From: Lingula anatina
Lineage: Eukaryota > Animalia > Brachiopoda
Assembly: GCA_051362555.1 (NCBI GenBank)
Contig: CM120641.1
Span: 38,570,401 to 38,634,400, forward strand
Length of the DNA: 64,000 bases
Reading direction: 5' to 3'
A program made the translations under genes and the position numbers. The notes beneath the pieces were generated by a model that was not told where the DNA came from, did no database searches, and saw nothing but the letters and a program-made list of their open reading frames with translations. Each line of letters opens with the position of its first letter. Within the stretch, counting starts at the first letter, position 1. Below, piece after piece: positions 23,731 to 38,738 of this stretch.

Positions 23731-26700
23731 TCACTTTGCAGACAATTTAACTGTTTCTTGCTCTTTCCTTCTATCCCTCTCCTTGTCTCTGTCCCTGTCT
23801 TTCCATTCACGATTATCCTTTGCTCTGCGACCTGTCTGTGGTCTAAAATCCTTGGATTCACTGTCACTGCGAGCCAAACCTTTACTAGTACCAGGTGTTT
23901 TACTTGTCTGTGCATTTTCCTTTAGTGTACCGGGTTTAACCTGGTCTCCAATTTCCTGCTCAGCCTCAACTGTCAGCAGTTTCTTGACCTCTGTGGCCTC
24001 GCGTTCAGCACGTTCTTTGGCTCTTTGGGCCATTTGGGCCCAGCTTAACTTCGCTGGCTCCTATTATAAAGAAAAGTAAAACAACGGATGTTAATTTTAT
24101 AGTACTTTTAACAGTGTCATTAAATGTTCGGAGTTTAGCTTTTATCTGCTCAGAGTAATCCATTTTACAACTTCACAAGCTAAAAAGAAGTACATTTCTA
24201 TCAACTGATTATTCATTTATGATCACACAAACCTGGGATTGCGTTGGGTGACTGGAATTTTCCTTGTTATCTTCTTTCGTTTCTATTACACCATTCACCT
24301 CTGGCTGACTGTGAATTTTCTCTACAGTATTTGCTGCAACTGCAGATTTGCTAACCCTGTAAGAAACAATCATTTCACCAAGTGTCAAATTTTATTTTGA
24401 TAAATTATTGCTGCTGTTCAGTCAGGAATATGTATCTTCAAAATCTTCCTCTAGTGTCATTTTCTAACAAAATGGGTCAACACGTCTAAGAGTGTTCACA
24501 ATGAATCTACCATACTAGCTAGTGCTTTCTAACTCCACTGGGACTCCCGCTAAATGCAATCAGTTTAACATGCCTCCTCGTTTCCAATGAACTTGCATAA
24601 TAACCGGTTTTTCTGTATTCTGCTCCCTGAGGAATTAGTGCGCACTAGTGGGTACAATTATTCCTTGTGAACAGTCCCGAAGACCATCTCGTCTCTGTAT
24701 CCCTAATATGATAATTAGCTCCCAATGGACAGAGAAGTCTTAGCTGTCCACCACCACTACCGTAATTGAAGCACACCCTGCGCCAATGGGAAAACTCCCC
24801 AAGGTAAATAAGAAATCATGCTGAGATGGGTGAAAATTAATCAAGTTGACCCAACTTGACTCGTAACAAAACATCCAGGAATTGTCCACAATTAGAACCA
24901 AATTTGTCTGCAAATACTTGTCTAAATCTCTGTCACAGGGGATGTACTAGGTACAAGACAATATCTCCACTTTGCATTAAGTACAGCTTGTTAATGCTAA
25001 AGGTCCTTATGAACTTACTTTTGTGGTGAAGAAGGTGGTGTAGGCAAGGAGTCGGTGCCATTTGTCATGGTGGCAGAACCTTTGTTTTCTGACTGAGCTG
25101 AAGTTGTGGGATGATTTGCTACTGCTGGTGTGCTAGTGGTAACACTGCCATTTGTGTTAGCACCATTTGAAGGTTTTTGATCACGAATGGAAGGCTTGGC
25201 AACTCCTTTGACCACATCAGATAATTTACTCTCAAATACTTCACCAACTGAAGCATTATTCTGAAAGGCAAATTGTAACAAAACATGGTGATCTATTCCT
25301 ATTTCTTTTAAAATCCTTTTTTCAATGTTTTACGAAAGTGAATGGCACTATCCATTATTATTTCAGTTTTCTATGACAAAAACATCTAATTCTTTTGAAG
25401 TTCAATACGTCCATGTAATTATTACCTTTATAAAACCTCTTAAACAAACTTGGAAGCAACTAACAGTGTCACAGAAAATTCTGCTTTTAAAGCTGCTTGA
25501 AGGCAATATTTTCTGTACTACACAAATGCCAAGTAATGAACACTCACTGTTGACCCTGGCAAAGGTGGGAATGAAGTAGCCTCTAGTTCAAATTCCTCTG
25601 GTTCAAGTCTGTACTCTTTGGCAGTATATGGATTGGAATTCTGTAAGAGATTTTGTTAAGCAGAAAAATAACTTTCTTTCCTAGCTTTATGTATCTTTAA
25701 AATAACTGTTTTTCATTCCAATCTTCACATTGAAGAAAAACCATCTGTACGTATTTCTACATATTTACTTACCAGATTTCTAGCACCATCTTCCTTCCGT
25801 CTTCTGTTACGAAATTCATTTATTCTACTTCGCCTATAAGCAAAATTCTATTGCTATTAATAATGCAAACAAATCTCCAACATTAATTCTTTATATATAT
25901 ATATAACCTTACATCATCTAACCTTACATCATCTTAATTATTCCAATAATCAAATCATTTCTAGAGAATGTAGACAAATCAAGTGATGCTTTTTAAATAT
26001 ATATAAGTAAGACAAATGACTTCCAAAAGTTCACCTTGGGGGCTGTGTTGTCTGGTCTTTTACGGTCACCTCCATATGTCTTGGCCCCAGCACCTGACCA
26101 TTGTCCGAGGCCGTGGACGAGTGAGACGTGGCATGGACTGGGTACGAAGAAGAGGTGGAGGAAGACAGAGAGCTGTGGCGATGACTGGACATGTGACTAG
26201 ATTGGGAAGGATCCACATTTGACGTAGGGTTGTTGCCACCATGAAGAGAACTGCTAACAGAGCTGTGGCGATGTGTCTCAAAATTTGGTTTGGCCTCTGA
26301 CATCCTCTCTGGGTTGCTCTGTGTACGACCATGTTGCTTCACTTGGGCCCTAGATTGAAAAAGTGATTTCAAATATTCATTTTCATCATGGGCGTATCTT
26401 CAGTCAATGTACATATTTAACATTTTACTTCAAACAACACCTACCATGACAAAAATTGAAGCATATCTGCTAAAAGGTTTTCAAAGGGAAATATGTCTAT
26501 GATACTACAAGGTTTGAAGTTTAGATTTACACCCCCAGTTGTCAAGTAAGACATTAAAAGCCCATTATAATCAGTGTTTGCTCTCCATTTTCCCTTTGTA
26601 CAAGGTATCAAATGCAAAACGGGTAAAAGCATTGGAATATTTTGTAGTGTTACAATTCCAAAAGCTTACCTATTTCTTGGACTCTGGAAACCTGATCTTC

Positions 26701-29700
26701 CTGTACTGTTGCTGAGCTTAAACCCTTGAGGCTGATATCCATTGGCTGCAAATACCTTGAAAACACAAACAGAATTAGCATAAATTTCTTAGAATTTACA
26801 ATGAAATGAAAGAGAGAAAAAAGTGAGCATACTTATTGCAATTGCTACCATTGCTACTAACTGGAAATTACACTGATACAACATAGAATCTTACAATCTC
26901 AGAATCTCACTCACCATTCCTGGATCAAAAAATGGTGGGCTTGTGGGTGACCAAGCCATCACAGTGTTTGGAGGGTAAAATGGGAAAGACTGAAAAAATT
27001 GAAACAAAGGAATGATTATATAGCATGTAGTGGGAAAGACTTGTAACCAATCAAAAACTTTACTAAAAACGTAGGATAACTTGCCCTTCAGCACAGCCTC
27101 TATGCAAAACTTTTAAATTACTGGAAGATATCATGCAATTACAATACATGTTGAATAAACAAAATTTAGCTGCTCCACTCTCAGAGCTGACCTGTGGTCC
27201 AGCAGTATTAACATACTGCACTGGCATGGGAGGCAAAGGGGTGAACTGGGGCTGTGCAAATCGTGAGGGTTGCTGTGGGAACGCTTGGGTGCCGCTCTCA
27301 AACCCTGCTGACTTGATCCCATTTTTTGGGACAAATGTTCCACGAATGATAGGTTTTGCCTTGATTCTTGCCTAGAAATAGTGTGATAAAAATGTTCCAA
27401 CCCATATAGCCTCAATCTAAATAGGCTCCATTATGATGTATCAATGTCAGAATAATTTCAATGTTTATAGGAAATTAAAGCAAACAATAGTTAAATCTGT
27501 AAGTTTTTATTCCTAAATATGGCTTTACTTATGTAGCAGAGTCAAAATAGTAATAGATATTCTGAGATTCACATACCATAATTGGCTTCCCAAGAAAAGT
27601 CTTCACTTCCTCCCTTAAATACTGGTATGCTCTTTGTGCATCTTCATCTGAGTTGAAGGTGACATACCAGCAGTCCCCATGTGCAAACTCGCAGCTCACA
27701 AACAGTGGGCAGTTTTGTCCTGAGAACAGATCCTTTACATCCTAAAAGACAAAGAATATGCATGAAAGTTTCTAATAATGTCCAGTCTAGGTATTTGACC
27801 CTTCACATACTAAAACATTCCTAAAAACATGTCACTGGCAAAAAAAACAAAAAAAACTAAGACATGCTTTAAAATATGATTATGCTTTAAAATATAATTA
27901 CTTTAATGTACCTAACCATTCACTTGTGGTAATTTAAAAGTTAAATCATCAGAGAGAAATAATTTCCTCAGAATAAACTTAACTGGAATCAGAGGACTGA
28001 ACATTTCTGAAATGATACATGCTAATCAATAAGCGGCTGCAACAGGAAATATGTTTCAAGAGTGATGTAATCAATAAGACACACAACAGGAATAAATGAC
28101 AAGATTTCTACTTCTATCAACTTTTCACTGCTGTTCATACACAAATAATCATATATATATATATATATATATAAGAGAATTTAAGCACTTAATTCAGACT
28201 TGATGATCTTCGGGGATTTTGAAGCAATTATTCACAATAATTTGTATTATTCTATACATTCCAAATGTTTCAGTTTCATCTTAAAAAATCTGAAAAATGA
28301 CAACAAACCCAGAAAGACGTTTCCTGACAAATGCATAAGTGAAATGCAACCCAAACAGTTCTGAATAGTCATGACATAATAAAATATTCTTCGTTGTTGT
28401 GAACGAACAGTTTACAACCCTGCCCCTCCCCACGATACATTCAGGAATAAATATTTATTGTCAATAAAGAAGGAAAACACATCATTCCAATACTTGATAC
28501 TGAAATTCCTCCCTTTCAGACATAATCTTCAAGTTCCAGGAACTTCCTTCACATTTTTCTTTTAAATAACAAAGGAAGAAATTACTCAAGAGAAAAAAAT
28601 TCCCATGTATTTTCAAATATAGTGATGACAGATTAATATTCCTGGTTCATTTTTTCAAAAACTCTCACAAGAATTTCCTTCTACTACATAATAAGATGAA
28701 AATTACTCAAAGAAAAAAATTCTTTCCATTGCAAAACAATGGTCACAGTATAATCTTATAATTTGAAGTACTTACTTTCAAAGGTGTGGAAGCTGGTATC
28801 TCTCGCAGTATAACTATACATCTTTTATGAATAGGACGAACCTTTTCACCTTTTTCATCCACCTGGACATGAGAGGACTCTGACAGGAAAGATATTGTTA
28901 TATTTCAATCAAATAATATTATGACACACAAAGCAAAAAAGAAAAATAAATTAGCAAAACTGCATGGGGCATGCTATCTACTGAACTCCAAGAAAATGTC
29001 TCACTTTCAAACAAATTTATCTCTTCAACTATTGTGAGAATAGAGAACTTTTTTTTTCAATTTCACTTTTTTTAACATACCATGGATAATAGCACTAATA
29101 TATAAATATTGATATACACATGTATTGGAAATATGGGCCGGAGGCCTTAATTCCCCGAAAAAACTTGTTCCTATTTTGTTCTCTTCAACTTTAATAAGGA
29201 CCGATAGAGCTTTTTAGATGTTACTGTAGATTGCCATATACAGAAAGACCAAAAAAGAACCATTTATGTGGTCTTCATTAAGCATTGTCCCAAGAGGACA
29301 ATGAACATTTTTCAAAATCTAGAAAAAAAAAATCTTTAATTTACACAACAATCTTCATTTACTTACCTCTAAGAACCTCCACAATCAGTTCCAGATCACT
29401 TGTCAGTTTCTTGACTTGATTGAAATTAGCTATAGTTACAATGGGTACATACTGGTCTCCATCCATTTGAGATATTAAATAACTGTCAACAGCAAGATTC
29501 TCACTGAAAAACATCCGTAAAAACTTATATATAATGATCTCAAAATCATTTTTCTTTGCTTGCTATCTTATATCACACTTACATTTTTACCCTGTTATCT
29601 ATGGCAATAGAAATACATGATTATGTTAATAGCATATATATTTCAGAATGTAGAGATGGTTACTTACTCTGAAAAGTAATATTCTAGCTGATGCTTTAAC

Positions 29701-32700
29701 ATAACACGTAGCCCAGTTTCTTCTTTTCCATCATCGGTCGAACTTGCAGTTTCATCTGTGGAAAAAAAAAAACAACACCATTATGACAGCAATGAAACCA
29801 GAAGGATTTCCAAACAAAGCAAATCAAGTAAAAAGTCCCTAAACTTTTCACAAAATCAAACTATTCAGTATTAATAACTTGACTTATTGTTTCTAAGTTC
29901 TACATAAACACTGTATTGATTCCCTAATACACCTTCGAAATTTTGTAAGGGAAATATCAGGAAAAGGGAAAGACACCTAATTCCACCTACTTCTTAATGT
30001 ACTTAATATACACTGCTAGCAAGTGTGCATACTGACCAGTTTCATTATAAATTCGACAATTAACAAGACATTAAGATATGAAGATAGAGACATCACTGTC
30101 TCTAGCATTCCAAATAAAATAATGGTGGCGTAAACCTCAAGTGTCACTACCATGGTAACTTTCTTACGCATCCTGGATTTCTAAATGATTACAGATACTG
30201 AATTGAAAACAAGGGAGAAAACCTTCTCTCTACAGTACTCTTGTAAGCTGCCGTCAGTGGCTCATGCAGAGATTAACTACAAGTGGTGATCCATCAATAC
30301 CTGCAGTTCTTTTATTATACTAATACTAAGGTACATCAATCTCAAGAGCAAGTAAGCATGTTTTCATATGCAAGTATTATAAAATTCCATATTAAAAGAT
30401 GCAAAATTAAGAATAAAGCAAAATTATACTTTATTTGAGAAGTTGCTTAAAAACCAACTAGAGGGACAAAATGTATTTTTAAAATAATATCTTATGTTAT
30501 GGTTTTAGTATGCCTTTGAATTACCTATGAGAAACCAAATTTGTGTGTTGGGGAAAAAGAACAAGCAAATAGTGCCTTTATTACATAAGGTGGGCTATTC
30601 CAGAGCATTCATATTAAATAAATTTGATAAAAGAATATTTGTGTTTTTTAGACATGAAAAAAACTACCCAAAATAAGCAGGCAATCTGTCAGCTAGGGTA
30701 TCATCTCATAAGCAAATCATGGGAAGTGGGTAGGGTCACAAAAGATTGACCTTACTTGAGATTTATACTATTTCAAAATGCATAATCAAAATAAAAACAA
30801 ATCGCTCTGACTGAAAAGTTAGTATTTGTCCAACTGAACCTGAATGTGTCTAAATATTTAAATATACGGCCAAAGGCTACTTTTTTCCTTCTTCAGTTGC
30901 AAACAGTGAAACTGAATTAAAGAGAGACTGAACACTCACTATGTCAGCCTCACAATTAGTAAACCACTCAGAGTGCAGACCTCTGCATGGCACCTCAATG
31001 CTCATTATTAGTAATCAATTAGTATTAATGGATCACCATCTATACCTATTCTAAGTCTATTTCCGACACACCCTGAAAATTTTAACAAAATCTGTCCAGA
31101 TTTTTTTTAGTTTGACTGTCAACCAACAAAATAACAAAGGCAAAAACAAACTCTTGGGCAGTGGTAATAAGCATAAAACGTGTAGCTTACCTGCAGTATC
31201 AGAAGTCACCCCATTTTCCAGTGGGCAATCCTCCTTCTCCTGGTCTGCGGGGGACTCTGGAGTTGGAGGATAATTCACCACATCACCACCAAGGTCCCCA
31301 TTTACTTGTCCTGCAAGAAAATATTTTCTAGACTGGTTACAACTGATAGAGATCATACAGAGGGGATTGAATACACAAGATGTTTCTTAACTGCCCAGGT
31401 AATATATAACTGACCGATCTCAGCTAGGTATATAAATACCCTTCATTTGGGCAAATTGCTTCCCCAAGGTCAATGAGCACTGGACACTGCTGAACACTCC
31501 ATCCCAGTGAATATATTTAGAACATGTGGCTGTTCAATGTTGTCGATTACACTAATCTGGCTTTCAATGCCTCACATTGAACAGCAGACATGGACTGTAA
31601 ATTGTGAAAATCAATGGGCAAATGTGATCCCAAATTAGTGGAATATTAGGGTGGCTAGAAACAATGATGCACATGGTAAATGAAAACTTTTTAAAAAATA
31701 AAAAATTTAAAGAGACTTTAAGAATATTACTATTGAATGAATACATCGATAATGCACATTGGAGCATTTTTTTAACTTGAGAAAAATTTACAACTTACAG
31801 CAAAACATAAACACCACCGATTCCTGTACTTTTTGTGCAAATTTCACAATTTTTTTTAAATTTAAAACAATTCTTCTCATCAAAAATGGCAGTTACTGGT
31901 ATAGTGAATCACATAGCCAGTCTATGTGAAAGAAGCATTATAATTATGATGTTGGTTTATGTTATCAACCAGGTTAATCAAATCTGTATGCCAGGTAGTC
32001 ATTAGCTTGGATTTAGAGAAGTGTTATATTACTTCAGATTCATCCTTGAACTTGATGTAGGTGACCTTGAGAGAAGGTTTATCATGATCTATCTGAATTA
32101 CTCCAATGAAGTATATTGTGTGTCACACATCTAGAATATCCATTAGCCATGGCTAAGTTTTATATTTTGCTTTAGTATTACATTGCAGCAGCAACTACAA
32201 TATGGGTGGGAAAAATTATGTTAGACCAAAAATCAATAATTCATCAAATATGGGTTTGCTGTCAGTGGTGTATTTGCATTGATTATTAGTCTACTCATTA
32301 AAAACAATCTTAACACTGATAAACCAAATCTGCTTTAAAAAAAAATAATAATAAAAATACAGATGAATGGGGTCAAACATTCTTGCATTGCTTTTAATTT
32401 TTTAATTTAGAGGCAAATTTTAATTTATAAGTTCAAATTTGGTTATCAGCATCCCAAGTAATTTTGAAAGCTAAGAGTATTATAATACTAATACTTAAAC
32501 AGCTTGTGTCAAAGTACACAATAGTTTTAAGCAGTCTTAATTTTCCTACAAGATATAAAATGCAGTCCTACTGATGTCTGATAATATCATTTTCGGTGTA
32601 CAAATGTCATTTGTCTTCTTCATTTTCTCACTCCTAAGGGCAGATGTCAAAATGGATTAAAACCATTGTGAAGTCCAAATTCCTCTCCAAGGTAATAATT

Positions 32701-35700
32701 CAGTAAAGGTGTTACACCCATGGATAAAACTTATGAATTGGCAATTTCATCTGCATTTTAGGGTATGATTATGTGTTTCTTTGCTTGATAAAAACCATTT
32801 AAAATGTGACAATATCTTCAATAGTTAACAAGTTAAAACCCACAAACCACTGTCATCATATCTCATTCAGCAAGATATTCAACAGCAGAAAAAAAAAAAA
32901 AACAACTTTGCAACTCTTTGTCAATTTTTGTCAATTTTTAAAAAAGTAAATTTAAATTTAAAAAAGTTGCTTTAGCAAGTCATGGCAGTTATGGATATTG
33001 CAAAAAATCTCAAAAGGGTGACATCTAAATATGCAGTTCCCAAGTGGGTGATAGTACAAACCACTTTTCCAGCCTGTAAGAGGACTAAAATATTATAATT
33101 TAATGCTCAGAATAACAACTGACAAAGAACTATTTGGAAACACTAAAGTTTTTGTTGATTAGGATTCAAATGCTTATACAACAGTTTTTTTTCTTTTTTT
33201 CTTCTTTTTTTTTTTTCACTTTGCTTACTTCTCCAATATTGTGACCATTCCACACAAATTATGCTAGGGTGTGACAGTTTTTTTACCTTCCGGAGTGGTT
33301 GCTTCATCTAGCTCCCAGGCTTGGTCCCCACTGGGGCTGTGGCTGTGAAAGACTGTGGCATTTGGATTCAAACCAGGGGCCTTTGGGGTCACCTGAAGAG
33401 GAGACAATGCATAGCAGTAATGATGACAAGTACCATTTTCAACAATTAGTGCAATGCTTATACACAAAACATGGTTCAACTTAAGTATGTCCTTCAAGTA
33501 TTGTCACTTATTAACACCAAAAGGAACCAAGTCCTCTCTGGGTAGCTCCAATTTTTTTTTTGGTAGAACATAAAGATTGAACTTGGATTACGCCAATATT
33601 TCAGAGGCTATGTTTAACAGACTAGTTTGGCAATCAAAAAAGAAAACTTCTGGAAGAATTTAGGTAATTAGTAATAGTTGAAAAATTGAGTTTTTCATTA
33701 TACACATGACTATTTTGACAAATCATCCAAGCTAGACAACATAGATATGGATACTGATATGAGTTGAAGTTAGGCAAATGACATTTTGATATACATATAT
33801 TTAAATATGGTAACATAGTTAAAATCAGTCATACAAATCACATTCATATTAACATATTCAATGAAAAAGAAGAAGTCTTTTTCAGCATATGTCTTCTGAT
33901 GCTTAATTAAGATAGTGGTTATCAATATATGCATGGAGTCTTGTTTTTTTAGAAACTGCTCCAGGCACAAACACTGGTATGAGCTTCTTTCCTCTTAATT
34001 TATCAAAAATCTTGCATTAATAAAACAATTATAATTAAGTGAAGATATGTAGCATTTTAAATGCTGAAGAAGTTGAATCATACCAATCTAATTAATACAT
34101 CAGTTGCTTCAATGAATTAGATACCTTACATTAGATAAGGATATAAATATCAAGTCTATTATTTTTGGTTTTATTTCAGACCAGACTACACTGTGGAATA
34201 CAGCATATCCTGATACTTTTCCCCCTGTTTTGATAATATCAGCATCATCAAACATCAGCAACAAAAACATTTACATTTGGAAAATGTCAGGATGAAAGCA
34301 TTAGACCAATACAGGAGAACATAAGGCTCAATTAAATTAACATATAATTTGACTATAAAGATAATAAAGGCTATTATACTCTGTGCGGAAGCTATTGAAG
34401 TCATTATAAGAAGGGGAAAAGGGGGTTAGATAATATGTTGAATTCATGGCCATCTTTACCAGTAAGACTCAGAGTGCATTCAAAACAGTGAATGAAAGGG
34501 TCATTCAGAATAGATGATCCAAGTACTAACTAACCGCCAACCAAATATGGCAGATCGCACTTCAAAAGCGATGCTGCCGATTCGTGATGGTCTTTCCACC
34601 TCCACGCGGGCCATTAAACGGATTAAATCTCGCCTCCTAGGTTAAATTACTAGGCCCCTGCAGCAATGGCACGTGTGGAGGCAGGGAAACTATCATGAAA
34701 TTAGTGGTATCGCTTTTGAACTGGGGTCAGCAATATTTAGTCGGCAGATCAGTTAGTCCTGGGATCATCTATTCTGAATGGCCCCTCACAGATCTGCGAT
34801 CAAATATGGCCAACCCACTTGAAAGTCATAGCAAGGGTTATCTATTCAGTGTCTAAACGGGAATTAAGCGGCAAGCTTTTTAGTGAGTCGCCATATTTGT
34901 TCAGTGGATCTGTTAGTCCGCTGTTCTGAATGTGTTCTAAGAGACCAAACTTTAAAATACTGCATAAAATATAACCATCCTTACATTTGTTCTTTATCAC
35001 ACTTCATGTGACAGTTTTGGCATTCCTTTATTGGGTGATAAAACCTCTTTCACATGAGTAACTTGCCTACACATTAACAAAATTACTTTTATGTAACTGT
35101 TAATGATAAGAAAAATGGCCAGTTCTAAAATCCCACAAGATATTGAAACCTCATACTTAAAAAAAAAGATTTAAATACTCATTTTCACAGGAAATTACGC
35201 ACACATTGGATAGAAGCCACAAGTCAATCATGTTAGCCTTCGTCACAGAATATTTCCCCCATTACGTAAGCATAATTAATGACAACAGGCTGACCATGAT
35301 AAGTTTGAATCCCATACAGCAGCATACTGAAAGCGTTTTCATAAACATGTCAAGTTATCAACAGTGGGCAACATATTGTGCAAAATTTTATATCAAAGCA
35401 TATTATAGACTCCTGTCTTTACATGGATGGCAGCTTGTTAATAACATCACCACAAATATGTTTAGTTTCAAGAAGCACCCGAGACATATAACCAATATTA
35501 CATGAATGATACAAATATCAATTTTCTAGATTTAATACAACATAAGATTCAAATTATATTTGTAATAGACACTTTCCACTGCCTAGTTTGCAGCGGCAAT
35601 AGCAGTGAAACCCTGTAATCCCATATTGCAGCTATCTCTCTGACCATATGTTACACTGCCCTTACCTTTCCTCCATTTCCCTGTCGCACACACAACACGT

Positions 35701-38700
35701 AACAATTAGCAGAGAAGAAATAGACATCCCCAGGATGCATGGAGGCACTTGAAACTGCCCTAAAACCAAGATTCAACAGGCCAGCTGTGACAGATTGAGC
35801 GTTTGTACCTAGGTCATCGGTACCATATTGTTCTCAATTGTAGCACTACTTGGATGTGCCCTATAATCCAGAGCATGCGTTGCATATCAGCTACTGCTTA
35901 GAATGTAATAAACACAGACTTTAATTCACAGTGCTAATGCCTCACTGCTATCTAACGGTCTATCTGTACAGTAAGTTCTACTGTCTGCGTGCTTCCTTAC
36001 GGTTGGAACAGTAGGAAAAATGACATGACGACACTAGCCTCTTGGGAGGTATCCACGATAATGGACCTGTCCAATTACACTTCCACTGTGGTTAATGGTT
36101 CATTTTCATAAAATAACTGATGTATTAATACTCTCAGAGACAGCAATCAGTTCTAAATTTTTATGTTTTTCACTAAATTTGTCTCCACGCTGAAATAAGA
36201 TTAATGGGAAAATGCTGACTTTTCTGGTTTCTATTCCTATACATCAGACACCATTCAGGTGATTATTCTCAACTGCTGACGCAACCTGATAAGGCCTATT
36301 TCCTGAGCCATCAGAAAGTCTCATGACAAGAGCTAGAATCCAGCATAATTTACCATCCTACTGAAAATTAATAACTGCAGCACATTAAGTAGTTCACAAA
36401 GAAAATCAAACAAGTCGTTCCAAGGATAATCAGAATCTAAAGTGACATGCAGTTTTCACTGGTCAGACTTATCGGAAGCTGTGGGTGGGAACTGATGCTG
36501 CAAGAATTGATTATTGAGGGGGCTGAAAAACGCAAGATAAAGCTGCCTGAGGTTTTTTAAATGTCTTTGAGGTCTAAAAATGTCTCTTTTTACTGCCTAT
36601 GTACAAGAAAGGAAGGAAAAAAGGAAGGAAAAGGCAAATGAAGCTTCTCTGTGGTGTACAGCAATCGTCAATTGGGAGCCCCTCCTTTTTTCAAATCAGG
36701 TAGCATTATCAGCATGACTCCATCTGACACACTAGGAATATTGATTCCCCTTCTTTGATTTTTACTCTTTGTTATTCACAAAGCAATGAAAGCAGCAATA
36801 TCCTAATCCCATCTGCTACATGGAATGATATGACAGGTGCTTAACATAAACCAAAAGGTTTCTAACCAAAATAATGTATGCAACAAAAGTATTTGATGTC
36901 AAGTGGATTATCTATTCACAATGACTACAGGCATATTAATCACAACAGCCATAAACTAGCTGCCTAGACACGTCATCAATATTACACTCAATTGTTTTGC
37001 ACCAATGCATCTTTAGAATCAAAGCAATCTGAAATGTACTGTAATGCTCTTTGCTCACATAATTTATACTTATCAAAAATGTGTTGCATATCACTTTATT
37101 TGAATAGTAGATTCTATTTATCTAAACAGACCTTGGATCAATTTGTTGACACACAGGTTTCTATTTTTCATTACAGCTTTGACAAACAGCCTGAGATTGA
37201 CTTTCAGAATGAAGGCTTCATTCTTAAAACAATAATGCTGTCTTGCAGTTAAGGACTAGGTGCTCCATCTGGTGTCAAATTAACACCATGGAAACGTGCC
37301 ATGCTGCTTAGGGGACAAAGAGGTAAAATGATGTTAAAATATCGATGAAAGAACAAAAGAATACTACCAGCCAAATTAGTCCTTTGGTAATCACTATACA
37401 GAATTTTGCAATATATTTCCTCACTTGATAATAATAATCATAATCATAAGTGATCACAATAAATATATATCTATTCTTAAAAATAAATATATAAATAAAC
37501 AAAATAAATAAAAATTCTCCTACTCATGAATCATTGCTCAACCCATTCCTGTACTTATATTCTATGATTTATACCATTTTAATTAAATAATTTAGTTCTA
37601 AATGTTTCTAATAATATTGAAACCGCCATGTCTTCCTGTACATGTAGTAAGGAAATATCGACATCCAGGTACTTTTATCTGAGGGGCTTTTTCCTTTTTT
37701 AAAGGGATAATAACTGTTGGCTTTGGCCAAAAAATGAATTTTCCTGGAGTAAACAACAATTTTCCCATATGGTTAATGAATCCATTTCTACATTCAAAAG
37801 TTAGTCCCTGTTTTTTTCTAAAAGGTTTTTTTTTGTTTGTTTGTTATAATCTCTTAAGAGATTATAACAGAGTATAGCCATCCATGGAGGTCACATGGTC
37901 CAATGACAAGCTCAGATGTCAGAATAATAGCTATAACTGCCGTTATTGTGGTAAAATGGAATATTTTTTATTTCTATGAGTTGTTTACAATGTTTTTATT
38001 GTGAAAAATAGATCTCATATGAAGAGTTATTATCCCTTTAAGGTACGACTTGAAAAAGATAAGTAGCTTTGGAGGGTATTTAGACACAGAAAGTATGACA
38101 GAGTTTCAAACGTGGGTAGTATACCTTTCATGAAACTTTTAGGCAAAATGCTATCTTAAATTGTACAAAGATGTCTATCACTTACCATTATGACTTGATC
38201 TTTTCAATGGGGAATATTATTAACATTTCAGATTTATAATTTTGGAATAATTAAAAATTATATTTCTATATAGCATTTGCAGTGCTTTTAATGTACAGAA
38301 TAGAATCATAGGCTAGACTGCTTTTTAATTTTAGCTTCTAGCTCAATAACCTTGGAAGCTTACTTAAATAACTTTTCATCATTCACAATATCTGCATCAA
38401 ACACTTATGAAGTATTTTTCAAAGAAAATTATTTCTCAATTCAATGGAGCCCTGAAGTGTAATCCTAAAACAAGCAGCCTCAAGGAGTATCTGTAAAGAA
38501 CATTATTATTTTCCAACAATAATAAATTTATAACTTAACTATATCAGCCCTGACAGACTTGTGGAGTAAATTTCCTTCTGGCAGACTCTATTTTTAAGAT
38601 ATGGCAAAAAATAAACAAATAAATAAAAATGAAAATAAAAAAAATAAATACCTTATTTAATTAATTAACTTATTAAATACTTACTGGTGTCCTCTCTAGC

Positions 38701-38738
38701 TGGAGGCTCCCCCCACTACTCCCCTGATCCGATGTCAT
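23731..38738 (-). CDS. LARP4: La-related protein 4/4B, about 759 aa; exons 38685-38738, 33287-33392, 31191-31310, 29668-29755, 29367-29503, 28776-28879, 27577-27741, 27192-27371, 26915-26989, 26670-26755, 26035-26349, 25773-25833, 25548-25640, 25019-25260, 24233-24356, 23731-24060
   Basis: N-terminal MTSDQ; PAM2 GLNPNATVF; La motif [32 protein letters not shown]...NFNQVKKLT; [14 protein letters not shown]...[12 protein letters not shown]...[28 protein letters not shown]; conserved [13 protein letters not shown] and [10 protein letters not shown]. All phases consistent; 2280 nt. Confidence 0.93.
30955..31040 (-). mobile_element. Degenerate 3'-end remnant of HINE family B
   Basis: aaaccactcagagtgcagacctctgc resembles aaagcactcagagagcgcagacctccgc at about 19432. 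Confidence 0.4.
34497..34935. mobile_element. Palindromic ~290-bp MITE (34497-34786) plus an adjacent partial copy; probably Harbinger-like
   Basis: aggg(t)cattcagaatagatgatcc ... ggatcatctattctgaatggcccct with imperfect inverted arms of about 100 bp; related copies at 15795 and 54715. Confidence 0.75.
35666..35740 (-). CDS. LARP4: Candidate alternative LARP4 start exon ([25 protein letters not shown])
   Basis: 25 open codons ending at a strong phase-0 donor AAG|gtaagg, in frame with the PAM2 exon; upstream acceptor ttttag| at about 35760. Confidence 0.55.
37703..38037. mobile_element. Kolobok-like MITE copy 3, in a LARP4 intron
   Basis: TTAA|agggataataac ... gttattatccct|TTAA, with a perfect TTAA duplication. 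Confidence 0.85.

Noticed and set aside
23574-23915. 113-aa alternative-frame ORF overlapping the LARP4 last exon
   Set aside because: No recognisable motif and no splice site seen that would feed this frame; plausible by chance.
30225-30300. Possible extra LARP4 exon (cag|GTATTGATGG...)
   Set aside because: In-frame stop after 15 codons and a weak pyrimidine tract; the flanking exons already join in phase.
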